In this document: piece by piece, positions 6,800-15,840 of the stretch
Layout: every line of letters starts with the position of its first letter
How positions within the stretch are numbered: the stretch's first letter is position 1
Source: a virus
Taxonomy: Duplodnaviria; Caudoviricetes
Strand: one strand, 5' to 3'
IMG/VR virus record: IMGVR_UViG_3300044770_000005
Location: 1 to 29,930 of that record
DNA: 29,930 nucleotides
The notes under the pieces: generated by a model
The model's database searches: none
Seen by the model: the letters and a program-made list of their open reading frames with translations, nothing else
What the model was told of the DNA's origin: nothing
Program-made: the position numbers and the translations under genes

Positions 6800-8313
6800 T
6801 AGCCACCCGCCTTCTTGATCGAACCGTCGGCGCCTTTGACCCACTTGGTGCCATCAGGCGCGCTGTAGGTACCAGCCGGCACATTCGCCAATGCCGATTT
6901 CACATCTGCGGGGACTTCTGTCGTCGAGCCGGCTGTCGGTGTTTGGACTTGCGTGCTCTCGACGCCGAGTCCTTCGAGGATCTCGTTGCGTGCGTTTTGC
7001 GCGAGGTTCAGGTTATAGCGGACCTGCTTGATCGCATCGCCCAGTACCTTATCCGTCCACTCGCTGTTGAGATTGTGCGCGGCGAGCTTCAGGGCGTGAT
7101 CCGTGGGCGAGTTGCCGCCCATGATGCCCTGACCGAGCTCGCTTGTGACATCGGCGATCTGCGCCTTCAGCCGAGTCGCCACACTCGCCGCTTCAGGCCC
7201 ATACGTCCCGTTTTCGGCGAGCGACAACGACGCGCGGTTGAGTGCTTTGATGCCCCACCGCGTCGCGTTCTTCGACCACTCCTGATTCAGTTCGTCCAAT
7301 TTCTCGAGGGACGCCGAGGCTTTATTGATCACCTGCGCCAACCGCAATTGGCCGGTGTTGTTGAGCGACCGGATCGCCTGCTTCGTGGCAATCCATTCGC
7401 GCGTGATCTTGTTGCTATCGACGCCAAGATTCTTCAGGGCCGCCTGCAGCGCCATCCCGCCGGCCGTGGTGCGCGCGCTGATGAGCACATCCGGCGAGAT
7501 CGTCCCGTCCTTGATGCCTTGCGCGATCACCTTCGCGTCGTCACGTTGGACCTGAGCATTACCGGTAAGTCCGCCGCCACCCTGCGCGTTCAGCCGTTGG
7601 AGCGCTTCGGACTCTTTGTTATGGCGCTCGACCTCCGTGAGTTGCCGATCGGCGCGAACGTCATCGCGTGCGTTGTTCGCCGCCGTCGCCTGCTGTGTGG
7701 CCGCGCTCGTCTGCGCGTTCATGTGGTCATCCAACAGCTTGCGCTGTTCCTTGGACGCCTGCATCACCGACCGATTCACCTGGGCAAGCGCCGACGGATC
7801 GATGGCCTTCAACTGCGCCAAGATATCGCCGGCGGGATCGATGCCGAGTTGCTGCGCTTCGGCCGTCACGTCCAGCCCGAGCCGTTTTGCTTCATGGAAC
7901 ATGGCCGCCATCGCCAGCGGCGTCGACCCGAGCTCGTCCGCCTTCGCCGCGAGGGCGCCTGCGGCATCGAGCTTAAGGCCCGCGATCTCCAGATTCGTCT
8001 TCGTCGTGTCCGCCGTGGACTTCGCCAATATCGCCGTCTTCGCGTCAAGATCGGCGTAGTGCGTTTCGAGCGTCCGGCGAAGATGTCCTGGTACGTTCGC
8101 CAGAAACGCGGCGCGATCTCCGCCTGACTTCGTGAACGCGGCATCGAGCGCATCCTGATCGGCGCGGTCACGCTCGGCGTCTTTCAGCTTCAGATCATTG
8201 GCGTCGAGCTGCTGCTTCAACCCCTGAAATTGCAACAGTTGTCCCGTGAGCTCGAACGGCGTCGGCCCGGACGGGGTTTTCAATTGCCCGACGATCGAGG
8301 GATCGATCGGCAT
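6799..8313 (-). CDS. DNA ejection protein, P22 gp20 position
   Basis: 504 aa Ala/Gln-rich coiled-coil protein starting MPIDPSI, directly after the gp7-like gene. Confidence 0.7.
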   Translation of the reverse strand: MPIDPSIVGQLKTPSGPTPFELTGQLLQFQGLKQQLDANDLKLKDAERDRADQDALDAAFTKSGGDRAAFLANVPGHLRRTLETHYADLDAKTAILAKSTADTTKTNLEIAGLKLDAAGALAAKADELGSTPLAMAAMFHEAKRLGLDVTAEAQQLGIDPAGDILAQLKAIDPSALAQVNRSVMQASKEQRKLLDDHMNAQTSAATQQATAANNARDDVRADRQLTEVERHNKESEALQRLNAQGGGGLTGNAQVQRDDAKVIAQGIKDGTISPDVLISARTTAGGMALQAALKNLGVDSNKITREWIATKQAIRSLNNTGQLRLAQVINKASASLEKLDELNQEWSKNATRWGIKALNRASLSLAENGTYGPEAASVATRLKAQIADVTSELGQGIMGGNSPTDHALKLAAHNLNSEWTDKVLGDAIKQVRYNLNLAQNARNEILEGLGVESTQVQTPTAGSTTEVPADVKSALANVPAGTYSAPDGTKWVKGADGSIKKAGG

Positions 8314-8315
8314 GG

Positions 8316-9098
8316 CTAACGCTGCGCTCCCGGCTGTCTCGCCAACAACTGCTGAAGCATCAAGAGCTGTTGAATGTTGCCCGTGATGTTGTTGAGCCCA
8401 CTGGACCAGGCATTGGCCTGCCCGACCTGCCCCGCCGCATTCGCGTTGGCCGCGTCCGTGATGCCGTTGGCACCCGCGCCGGCTCCTTGCGCCCGCGTCT
8501 GGCCCATCAGGCCCGCATAGCCGAGATTCAGGCCCTGCAGGTTCTGATTCTGGCCGGCGCCGAAGTTGAGCAAGCTGGAGAGGTTGCCGAACCGTGTCTG
8601 GTCGTTCACCTGCCCCTGCTGGTAGTCCCTGAAGCGTCGGGCATCGACGTGCCCGAACTCCTGCGAGCCGGCCTGCTGACCGTAGTCCGACAGGGCCTTG
8701 GCTGTGCCGCCGGTCAGGAGCGTCCCGCGGGCCGCGGCTGAGCGTTCGAGCGCCTTCTGACCCTGCAGCAACCGGAACTGATAGCCCGGATCGGTCTCCA
8801 GGTCCGCTGCCGTGGTCCCTCGGAAGGCGTCCGGTGTACGATCCGCCATCCCGGAGAGCAGACCCGCGGCCTGCGTGCCGAGCGCCGTGTAGGGACGGTA
8901 CGAATCCTGTGTGACGCCGAGCAAGCCGCCCTGTTGCGCGATCGACTGATTCGCCGCGTTCTGCTGAAGCTGTGAGGCGCGCCCCGCCGCGTCGGCTTGT
9001 TGCTGGCCGACTTTCTTGGCCGTGCGTGCGCCAATGACGCTGCTGGCGATCTGTCCGCCGGCGCCGATGAGTGCAGGAATTGCGAGGGCGGCCGGCAT
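8316..9098 (-). CDS. DNA transfer/ejection protein, P22 gp7-like
   Basis: DPGYQFRLLQGQKALERSAAARGTLLTGGTAKALSDYGQ signature and Gly/Ala hydrophobic N-terminus. Start ATG 9098 with GGAG upstream. Confidence 0.85.
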   Translation of the reverse strand: MPAALAIPALIGAGGQIASSVIGARTAKKVGQQQADAAGRASQLQQNAANQSIAQQGGLLGVTQDSYRPYTALGTQAAGLLSGMADRTPDAFRGTTAADLETDPGYQFRLLQGQKALERSAAARGTLLTGGTAKALSDYGQQAGSQEFGHVDARRFRDYQQGQVNDQTRFGNLSSLLNFGAGQNQNLQGLNLGYAGLMGQTRAQGAGAGANGITDAANANAAGQVGQANAWSSGLNNITGNIQQLLMLQQLLARQPGAQR

Positions 9099-9099
9099 A

Positions 9100-9471
9100 T
9101 CAATCCACTCCGATGGAAAAAGACTCGGGAAACGGTTGCCCGCCCACCCGGTCACTGGTAATTAAGGCCCGTACGTCGTCGCTCGCCGCCGAGGTAAAGA
9201 GACGGGTCCAGCCATGCGCGCGGGCGCGTTGCTTCATCTGTCGCCACAACGCAAATAACACCGACCCGCTCCCGCGGTGGTCCTCGCGCGTCCAGATGCC
9301 TTCGGCATGCGCGGCTTGAATCAGCGCCCAGCAGCCGACGATCTCGCCGTCGTCGTTTTCCACCACATGTACTTCATCCATCCCGGGCCTGAGCATCGGC
9401 ACGAGCGCCGATAACTCTGTGTCACGTGGAACACGTGTCCAATCGTCGTGATGGAGCACGCGCGCCCGCAT
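9100..9471 (-). CDS. GNAT-fold protein (P22 gp14 position)
   Basis: VHVVENDDGEIVGCW, GIWTREDHRGSG (acetyl-CoA motif A) and ARAHGWTRL. TAATG coupling at 9471. Lies directly upstream of gp7. Confidence 0.75.
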   Translation of the reverse strand: MRARVLHHDDWTRVPRDTELSALVPMLRPGMDEVHVVENDDGEIVGCWALIQAAHAEGIWTREDHRGSGSVLFALWRQMKQRARAHGWTRLFTSAASDDVRALITSDRVGGQPFPESFSIGVD

Positions 9472-10967
9472 TACCACGCCGCCTGCCATGTGGCCCCGTC
9501 GTACGTTTCGAGCTTTGTCGTCGTCGTATTGAAAATCACCATGCCCGCGGCGGCCGTGAGCGCGTTCCGCTGCGCGGTCGTGAGCCGTGGCACTTCAAAC
9601 GATCGTGTTGTGGCCGTAATCGCAAGGGCCGAGCCCGCCGGATCGATCACGAGATCGGTGCCAGGCGCAGACACGCGCGTGACGACGTTGCTGATACTGT
9701 TCGGGCCGAACACGTTGTCGAGACTCGGCACCGTGGGCGACACTTCCGTGTCATCGTTCGACCAGATCCCGTAGGAGTTTCCCGCATGCGTCTCGCACCC
9801 GGCGATCGTATTGCCCACGAACTGCACGCGCTGCGGCCCTTGGCCGAGGATGCCCGTCGGACCGAGTGCCGTCCAGCGGACGTAACCGATCGAGTTCCAC
9901 GACACGGATCCGTCGTGGCAACCATTCTTGATATAGATCGCCGCGTCCGCCGCGCCGCCGAGATGATTGCCGTCGAAGTTAAAGAACCCACACCCCATAT
10001 CGAGGCGCACCAGCGAGTCATCCGGCACTTTGCCGTCAAACTCAAACACGTTGCCAGTGGCAGAGAAATCCACGCACGCGGCAAACTCGGCACCTTGGAG
10101 CGCGCGCCCGTCGAACGCCGACCGACAGCTTCGCATCGAACAGTTCTTCGTCCGCCAGAAGTCCATCGACGTGTTCGTGCGGCAGTTCTCCACGGCGACG
10201 TTCCGCGCGTAGAACACGAGCAGACCCATCGTCGCGGCGACAGTGGACGTGAATGTCAGATCCCGGATCGTCACGCCCAGCACGGAGTTCAACTCCGCCC
10301 AGAACATGTTCCCGAGGTGCGTCCCCGGAAAGGCCGTCCGAAACGGCTGCTGGACCGTGACCACCGCGCCGGCGACGGACGCGACTTGCATCCAATCGGC
10401 GTACAAACAATCGCCGTCCGGCTGCGGGTGGAGCGCCGCGTCATTACAGGCGATGAACAGCCATTGACCGGCGTACAGTGCGGCGGCCTCTACCGCGCTC
10501 GCACATGTGAAACTGGTATCTCCCACGGCAATAGCGCCGACGATGTCGAACCGCCCATCGACGGCACTCTGGATCCGCAGCGCCGGATAGTTGGCCGGAT
10601 TACTCGCGGTGTAGAGCAGCGTGGCCCCGTTGCCCTCCACCACCAGCGGGCCATAGGCACTACCGGCGGGCGCCGCGCTATTGGCGACAATCGTGTCCGT
10701 AATGAGATAGGTCTTGCCGGCCCCGAACGCGAGGACGCCCGCGCGATCGTAGAAATACGCGAAGGCCGCTTGAAGGGCGATCGTGTCATCCGTGACGCCA
10801 TCGCCGATCGCGCCGAAGTCTTCCGGCGTCACCATCGCCCCATGCACGAGGGCATTCACCGTGGTCCGCAAATCCCGAAACCACTGGAGATGGGGCGTGT
10901 TGAAGACGCGGCCGTCGCCGAGGACGGCCGGCTGCGCGAGTTCGAACGGACGCAGTTGCGCCGCCAT
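9471..10967 (-). CDS. Beta-helix (pectate-lyase-like) tail spike/depolymerase in the tail-needle position
   Basis: VTPEDFGAIGDGVTDDTIALQAAF (pectate_lyase_3-type start) and Asn-ladder repeats (VENCR, TGNVF, DGNHL, VGNTI). C-terminal PRLTTAQRNAL..GMVIFNTTT.KLETYDG.TW module. TGATG coupling. Confidence 0.8.
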   Translation of the reverse strand: MAAQLRPFELAQPAVLGDGRVFNTPHLQWFRDLRTTVNALVHGAMVTPEDFGAIGDGVTDDTIALQAAFAYFYDRAGVLAFGAGKTYLITDTIVANSAAPAGSAYGPLVVEGNGATLLYTASNPANYPALRIQSAVDGRFDIVGAIAVGDTSFTCASAVEAAALYAGQWLFIACNDAALHPQPDGDCLYADWMQVASVAGAVVTVQQPFRTAFPGTHLGNMFWAELNSVLGVTIRDLTFTSTVAATMGLLVFYARNVAVENCRTNTSMDFWRTKNCSMRSCRSAFDGRALQGAEFAACVDFSATGNVFEFDGKVPDDSLVRLDMGCGFFNFDGNHLGGAADAAIYIKNGCHDGSVSWNSIGYVRWTALGPTGILGQGPQRVQFVGNTIAGCETHAGNSYGIWSNDDTEVSPTVPSLDNVFGPNSISNVVTRVSAPGTDLVIDPAGSALAITATTRSFEVPRLTTAQRNALTAAAGMVIFNTTTTKLETYDGATWQAAW

Positions 10968-12379
10968 CAGGCCGCCTCATAGAACAGGTTGGCGATCCGC
11001 CACGGGATCGGGTCGCTCATCACGATCCGCGGCACGAGCGTGCGCGCCTGCCCGAGCTGCGTCCATTTGGCGCGGGCGAGGTACTGCCCGATCCGCCCCG
11101 CCGACACCCACCGCTCATTGCCCCACATTTGGCCGCCGTCACGTGACAACTGCAGCATGACTTGTGGGTCAGACCCTTGGCCCGTCGTGAGGCCCAACCC
11201 CATTTGCACGTCGAGCATGAGGCTCGCCAGCGAGAACCGCTGATGTTCATCGGTGAGGACCGGCCCTTGGCGCATCCGTACGATCGTGGAGCCCGCACCA
11301 TCCGCGGTGGAGTCGATCGTCATATTGAAAATCTTGCCGCTGGCCAAATCCCCCACGAGATGCTTGCCGAAGGCCGACGCATGCCACCGGCCGCGCCACG
11401 CCGTAAACTCCTGTCCATTCCACGTGCCGCGCTCGTGCCACAGTCCGGTCGTGAGGTCGTAGCACCACGTCGTGTCTTCGGACGGAAACGTGAGGACGTA
11501 GAACGAATGCCCCTGATCTTGGTACACGACGCCGATCGCGTCGGCGATGTTGGGGTAGCGGCTGATCGCCAGCTCCACCGCGTACGTCGAGATGCGTTCC
11601 GGCTGATAGCCGCGCGCCCGAAGGACGCGGCCCTGCCCTTTCGCGCTCGAGGACAGCCAGAAAATCTGATTATCGATCTCGGCCATAGAATCCGTGGCGG
11701 CCAGTCCTTCTTCCATGAAGCCGTTCGGGATCGGCGCGAACGGATTGGTCACGTCATCCGTGAGGTAGTACCAATCGCCGGTCTGTGAACCGAGGACGAG
11801 GATCTCTTGCAGGCGCTTCGCCATGCCGACCCAGCCATCGGAGGCGGTGTTCCGCTGCGCGATGTCGAGCGGATCCCACGACGTGAAATCTTCGAGCGCC
11901 GACCACTTGAGCGTGCTCGTGTTGATGTCGAGGACCAAGCCGTAGCCATTGATGAACAGGCACTGATTCGCGCCGGTGACTTCCGTGGTCAGCGTGTTTG
12001 TCGTCAGGTCGTAGGCGTAGCCGAGGCCGCCGCTCGTGATGAGCAATTGGCCGCCGGCGGCGCCGTTCGAACACAGTTGCGCATTGCCGCTGTCCATCGC
12101 GACGGACCCGCGATTCGTAGCGGTGCCCCCGGTGAACAGTTCATCGAGCGATCCGCCGGTGACGGCGAAGGCGCGCCCGTTCTGCGCAAAGCCGCCACGT
12201 CCCGGTCCGACACCGCCGATATCGCAGAACGTCGGCAAGCCAGGACACGGATAGAGGTACGCCGGGGACGTACCGGTGCCTTCGCCCGGCTCCAGATAGA
12301 GATTGATGCACCGTTCACCATCGAAGGTCAGCGCCTGCGTCACATACGATGGGCCGACGAAACCGGGCCAGACCGCCAC
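10967..12379 (-). CDS. Packaged-DNA stabilization / tail hub protein, P22 gp10-like
   Basis: ERCINLYLE, YQDQGHSFYVLTFP..TTWCYDLTTGLWHER and SRDGGQMWGNE..GRIGQY motifs. GTG start 12379 overlaps an upstream TAG. Confidence 0.9.
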   Translation of the reverse strand: MAVWPGFVGPSYVTQALTFDGERCINLYLEPGEGTGTSPAYLYPCPGLPTFCDIGGVGPGRGGFAQNGRAFAVTGGSLDELFTGGTATNRGSVAMDSGNAQLCSNGAAGGQLLITSGGLGYAYDLTTNTLTTEVTGANQCLFINGYGLVLDINTSTLKWSALEDFTSWDPLDIAQRNTASDGWVGMAKRLQEILVLGSQTGDWYYLTDDVTNPFAPIPNGFMEEGLAATDSMAEIDNQIFWLSSSAKGQGRVLRARGYQPERISTYAVELAISRYPNIADAIGVVYQDQGHSFYVLTFPSEDTTWCYDLTTGLWHERGTWNGQEFTAWRGRWHASAFGKHLVGDLASGKIFNMTIDSTADGAGSTIVRMRQGPVLTDEHQRFSLASLMLDVQMGLGLTTGQGSDPQVMLQLSRDGGQMWGNERWVSAGRIGQYLARAKWTQLGQARTLVPRIVMSDPIPWRIANLFYEAA

Positions 12380-12537
12380 TAGTCCGCCTTTGCCGACTTC
12401 GGTTTCGGCGCCGTCGGCGCCGACAGTTTTGCTCTTAATTCTTCGTTTTCCGCGCGCAACGCGATGACGCGCCACATCAACGCGCCCGTTTCCTCGCGGA
12501 CGATGTCTTCCGGCGACTTCTGATTGATGATCACCAT
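12379..12537 (-). CDS. Small coiled-coil protein (52 aa), not in ORF track
   Basis: MVIINQKSPEDIVREETGALMWRVIALRAENEELRAKLSAPTAPKPKSAKAD exactly fills the gap: ATG 3 nt after the fibre stop, TAG overlapping the gp10 GTG. Confidence 0.7.
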   Translation of the reverse strand: MVIINQKSPEDIVREETGALMWRVIALRAENEELRAKLSAPTAPKPKSAKAD

Positions 12538-12540
12538 AAG

Positions 12541-13935
12541 TTAACTCGCCGCGATGATGATGCCCTTCGACACCGTGATCGAGGCGGGCGCGGCGGGTCC
12601 GAAGTCGATCCCGTTGCCCCCACCGGTCGTCGCGAACCGATCCGCTTCGATCAGGCCCGCGGCGAGACAATTATCGAAGTTCAGATCCGCATAGCCCGCG
12701 TTTGCGCGGTCGCGTACTTCCAAGATCGCATCGGAGGAGAAGCGGAGGACGACGCCCGCCGTAATCGCGGCATTCGAGAGTTTCAGGACCGCGTTCGCGA
12801 CGTTCGTGATCAGCGTCTGCGCGCTCCACCCGATCGTCGCGGCCGTGTTGGAGAACGTGACGGACGCCGCCGTCGCATCGAGCGTGACATCGCCGCCGGG
12901 CGTGCCGAGGAGCAACGTCCCGCCCGCATGCTGGTTTTGGATGCGGGCAGCGTCTGTTTGATGGAGGTAGTTCAAGGCGAGCGCCGCACCGGCGGCTCCC
13001 GTCGCTCCGATCGCCAGTGAACTCACCGTACTGGCCGACGTACCGCCGCTGTTGAGGATGTACGCCCCGACCGTGCCCCCCGATCGACTCGCGGAGACCC
13101 CCATCGCGATCTCGGAGGCGCCGGTCAGGGCCAGGGTCGCCCCGGCGATCGCCGCGTTCGCGTTGTTCGCGCGATTTCTCACAGTGAGCGTGTCATTCGT
13201 TGCAAAATCCAACGTGACACCATTCGATCCCGCGCCATCGTCGAACGCCAGTACCTTCGTCGCCAGCCGCGTGATCGCGGTGTCGATGGACGTGAGCCCG
13301 GACGATGACCACGCCAGTTTCCCACTCGACCCGAGGACCGCGGCGCCATCTGAGCGAATCGCCAGCCGTGGCGTGTAGCCACTCCCGTTGACTTGGGTGG
13401 ACAGCGTGAACGCGATGATCGGGTCGCCCGAGACTTGCTGCAGCGGGATCGCTTCGATGATCCCATCCACCACCCGTGACGCGGAGGCCGTCGCGTTCCA
13501 GCCCGCGCCGGTCCACCGCACCCGCGGCGAGTACTGCTGCGCATTGTTCGCCGCCACGGTCGTATTGAGAATGATCGCCGCATCGGTGGACGTCGTGCCG
13601 ATCCCGTCCACTTCGAACGTGGAGGGCGCCGTCAGCGGAATGCTGCCCGGGACGTTATCGTTCGTCCAGATCGGATTCGTCGGCGGGTCCGTGTCTGTCG
13701 AGGGCGACAGGATGAACTTGTAGGTCAGCGCTGGGTCGAGATAGACCGTCGCCCGGCCCGCACTATCGAGGACCACGGGGTTCGTATTCGCGATCATCAA
13801 GGCCGACGTCGTGTAGGTGTCCGTCTTGGTGTCCGTCGTCGCGAGATACGCGAACAGCAGCCCGCCCGCGACGGGCACGCCGTCGTTATCCAGCCATTGC
13901 GGACGCACGAAGGGGATCAGGGGACCGAGCGCCAT
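12541..13935 (-). CDS. Tail fibre/spike with N-terminal virion-attachment (head-binding-like) domain
   Basis: QWLDNDGVPVAGGLLFAYLATT...NTNPVVLDSAGRATVYL..YKFIL N-domain, then a Gly/Ala/Ser/Thr-rich beta body. TGATG coupling. Confidence 0.8.
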   Translation of the reverse strand: MALGPLIPFVRPQWLDNDGVPVAGGLLFAYLATTDTKTDTYTTSALMIANTNPVVLDSAGRATVYLDPALTYKFILSPSTDTDPPTNPIWTNDNVPGSIPLTAPSTFEVDGIGTTSTDAAIILNTTVAANNAQQYSPRVRWTGAGWNATASASRVVDGIIEAIPLQQVSGDPIIAFTLSTQVNGSGYTPRLAIRSDGAAVLGSSGKLAWSSSGLTSIDTAITRLATKVLAFDDGAGSNGVTLDFATNDTLTVRNRANNANAAIAGATLALTGASEIAMGVSASRSGGTVGAYILNSGGTSASTVSSLAIGATGAAGAALALNYLHQTDAARIQNQHAGGTLLLGTPGGDVTLDATAASVTFSNTAATIGWSAQTLITNVANAVLKLSNAAITAGVVLRFSSDAILEVRDRANAGYADLNFDNCLAAGLIEADRFATTGGGNGIDFGPAAPASITVSKGIIIAAS

Positions 13936-14684
13936 CAGAGATTTCCCGTGTTGATGTCGTACGCGGGCAAGTTGGTGCCGATGTAGGCGAAGTCATTCGC
14001 CATGTCCGTCAGGGTGATGTTCTGGCGCTTGATATTCGCGAACGACCGCGCCGCCATACGCTCCAGGTTCGGCGTGATCGGCCGGCCGTAGTCATCCGCG
14101 ATTTCCAACGCTAGTTGAAACTTCAACGCCGAGCCGTATCCGTTCGGCAGGTAATAACTGGCCGCCAGTGCGGTGAACTCGCCGAGGCTTTCGGCGATGT
14201 AGAGCGCCATCGAGTTCACGGCGTTATCGGGGACCGGCCACAGATAGAGCGTGCCGAGATTGGACGCGACCGTGGGGTTGTAGAACGCGGCCGTAAACTG
14301 CGCGGCCGTCAGATCCTTCACGAAGATGTTCTGCCACTGCGTCGCATCGAGCAGCGTCTTCGGGACTTCGACTGTCGGCGACGACGCATTGAGAATCAGG
14401 CCGATGCCGGCCAGGTCCGTCGGCCGCTCGATATCGATATTCCCGCCACTGCCGACCGTGTACGGGTTGCTCACGCTGCCCTTGTTCGCGGTGAGCGCCT
14501 GTACCGTGCGCGAGATGTAGGGGATCGTGAGCCCTTGCAGCGACCACTGGCCGATCAGGTCGTTCAGGCTCCGCAGCCCTTGCTGGCCTTGCGACGCGTT
14601 CGGGACTTCAGCCGGATCGAGCACCTGGAGCGCGACGAGCGCGCCCGTAATGAGTCGAAGCGCTGTCGTGGGTGAGCTCGCCAT
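13935..14684 (-). CDS. Head-tail adaptor / DNA stabilization protein, P22 gp4-like
   Basis: TALRLITGAL..L.VL...GLRSLNDLIGQW, LYLWPVP and LPNGYGSALKFQLALEIADDYG. Positioned between coat and gp10. Confidence 0.8.
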   Translation of the reverse strand: MASSPTTALRLITGALVALQVLDPAEVPNASQGQQGLRSLNDLIGQWSLQGLTIPYISRTVQALTANKGSVSNPYTVGSGGNIDIERPTDLAGIGLILNASSPTVEVPKTLLDATQWQNIFVKDLTAAQFTAAFYNPTVASNLGTLYLWPVPDNAVNSMALYIAESLGEFTALAASYYLPNGYGSALKFQLALEIADDYGRPITPNLERMAARSFANIKRQNITLTDMANDFAYIGTNLPAYDINTGNL

Positions 14685-14700
14685 ACGTCATGACCCAGAC

Positions 14701-15369
14701 CTAACGGAGCACGAAGCCGAACTCGAGATCGAACGAATGCGCGCCGCTCTGCGTCACGCCATACTCGGCAAACTCAAACACCGATTTTGGCGGCACCGTC
14801 ACGGGCGGCATCGAGATCGTGGCGACGAGTTGATTTGTGCCTGTCGTCGGCAGTCCCGCCATGAGATTGGCCGTGGCGCCCCCGAACATGAACAGGTACT
14901 GATCCTCGACCACCGGCACGACCGAGCGCACACGCACCGCCGACACCATCTGCGCCGCAATCGGCGTGACCGCCACCGCGCCAATCGCGCACACGGGGAT
15001 ATCCACGGGGATCCCGTATGTCGGGTACTGATTGATCGCGTTCACGACGGTGCCGCCGCCGGTGCGGGTCGCCGCGGCGACGTTGGTATCCACAAACACC
15101 GCCACATCGGTCGTGGAGGCCCCCGCGCCCACGGCCGTGATGCGGAGACGGATGAACTTCGGCACCAGCGTTTTCGCGCTGCTCTGGTTGTAGGCGTAGA
15201 GCACGGGCTTTGTGGCCAGATCGGCAATCACCGGCGCCGCATGGCCGGCAATGCCTGTGTAGGGCACGGTCTGGCTGTTGCGCACGGTGTAGAACGTGCC
15301 GTCGTCGCACTCGTTCTGCCAGGTCGCTGAGCCGTAACTGCGCGACTGGATGCCGGGAGCGGCGCCCAT
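14701..15369 (-). CDS. Putative virion/decoration protein, paralog of 15841-16554
   Basis: Shares D[DE]G.[FY], TGI.GHAAP, TKP...YN, KTL.P, VPP and the terminal GFVLR with 15841-16554. Confidence 0.75.
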   Translation of the reverse strand: MGAAPGIQSRSYGSATWQNECDDGTFYTVRNSQTVPYTGIAGHAAPVIADLATKPVLYAYNQSSAKTLVPKFIRLRITAVGAGASTTDVAVFVDTNVAAATRTGGGTVVNAINQYPTYGIPVDIPVCAIGAVAVTPIAAQMVSAVRVRSVVPVVEDQYLFMFGGATANLMAGLPTTGTNQLVATISMPPVTVPPKSVFEFAEYGVTQSGAHSFDLEFGFVLR

Positions 15370-15836
15370 CAGTTCGCCGCCGTCGGCGTAATGACCTTAG
15401 TCCGGACCCCGAGCGGCCCGATGCCGGGCGTGAGGGTCGCCAACTGCCAGATCCGCGCCGCCGTGCCCGGCCCTTCCGATTCCCCCGTCGGCCAGTACAC
15501 ATTGCCGGTGAGCGTATTGATCCACGGCTGCACGATCACTTCCGACGGGGGGGGGGCGACCGGATTGTGCTGATAGAACTGATCGCCGCGCCCGAGAAAC
15601 ACCGTCTCCCCCGCAATATGCGTGGTCGCGTTCGACCCTTCACAGCCCCGTTTCACGTTCACGAGCGTCGAGCCCGTCGGCCCGAGGCTCACCACCTGAA
15701 ACAATTCACGCCCTGGATGCGCCCAGAAAAACAGGCCCGGGGTCACGTTCGCGACCGACGTGAGGTAGACCTGATGTGCGTCCCGCGTACAGGGCTGGAG
15801 CAGCGTGGTCTGCGGGAGTGAGGCGAGCGCGGCCAT
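15369..15836 (-). CDS. Putative virion/decoration protein, similar to N-domain of 17027-17653
   Basis: TTL...V.S....E...V...V.RG.EG..A..H pattern. Start MAALASLP 4 nt after the upstream stop. TGATG coupling downstream. Confidence 0.7.
   Translation of the reverse strand: MAALASLPQTTLLQPCTRDAHQVYLTSVANVTPGLFFWAHPGRELFQVVSLGPTGSTLVNVKRGCEGSNATTHIAGETVFLGRGDQFYQHNPVAPPPSEVIVQPWINTLTGNVYWPTGESEGPGTAARIWQLATLTPGIGPLGVRTKVITPTAAN
15547..15556 (-). repeat. C10 homopolymer on the coding strand (G10 on +)
   Basis: Ten consecutive G at 15547-15556, read as GCC CCC CCC CCG (APPP) in 15369-15836. Confidence 0.9.
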
Positions 15837-15840
15837 ACGA

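Noticed and set aside
6601-8127. 508-aa plus-strand ORF (also 9426-10982, 24993-26033, 21803-22711 and similar)
   Set aside because: These are antisense shadows of real minus-strand genes in high-GC DNA. They are Arg-rich, with no motifs or RBS.
12380-12670. N-terminal extension of the gp10-like ORF (similar extensions at 2538, 6844, 9155, 15953, 23238, 25194, 27903)
   Set aside because: The extensions overlap neighbouring genes and look non-coding. Internal starts with RBSs or stop/start overlaps fit better.
9471-13935. Diversity-generating retroelement target in the receptor-binding genes
   Set aside because: I saw no reverse transcriptase and no adenine-mismatched template/variable repeat pair in the window.
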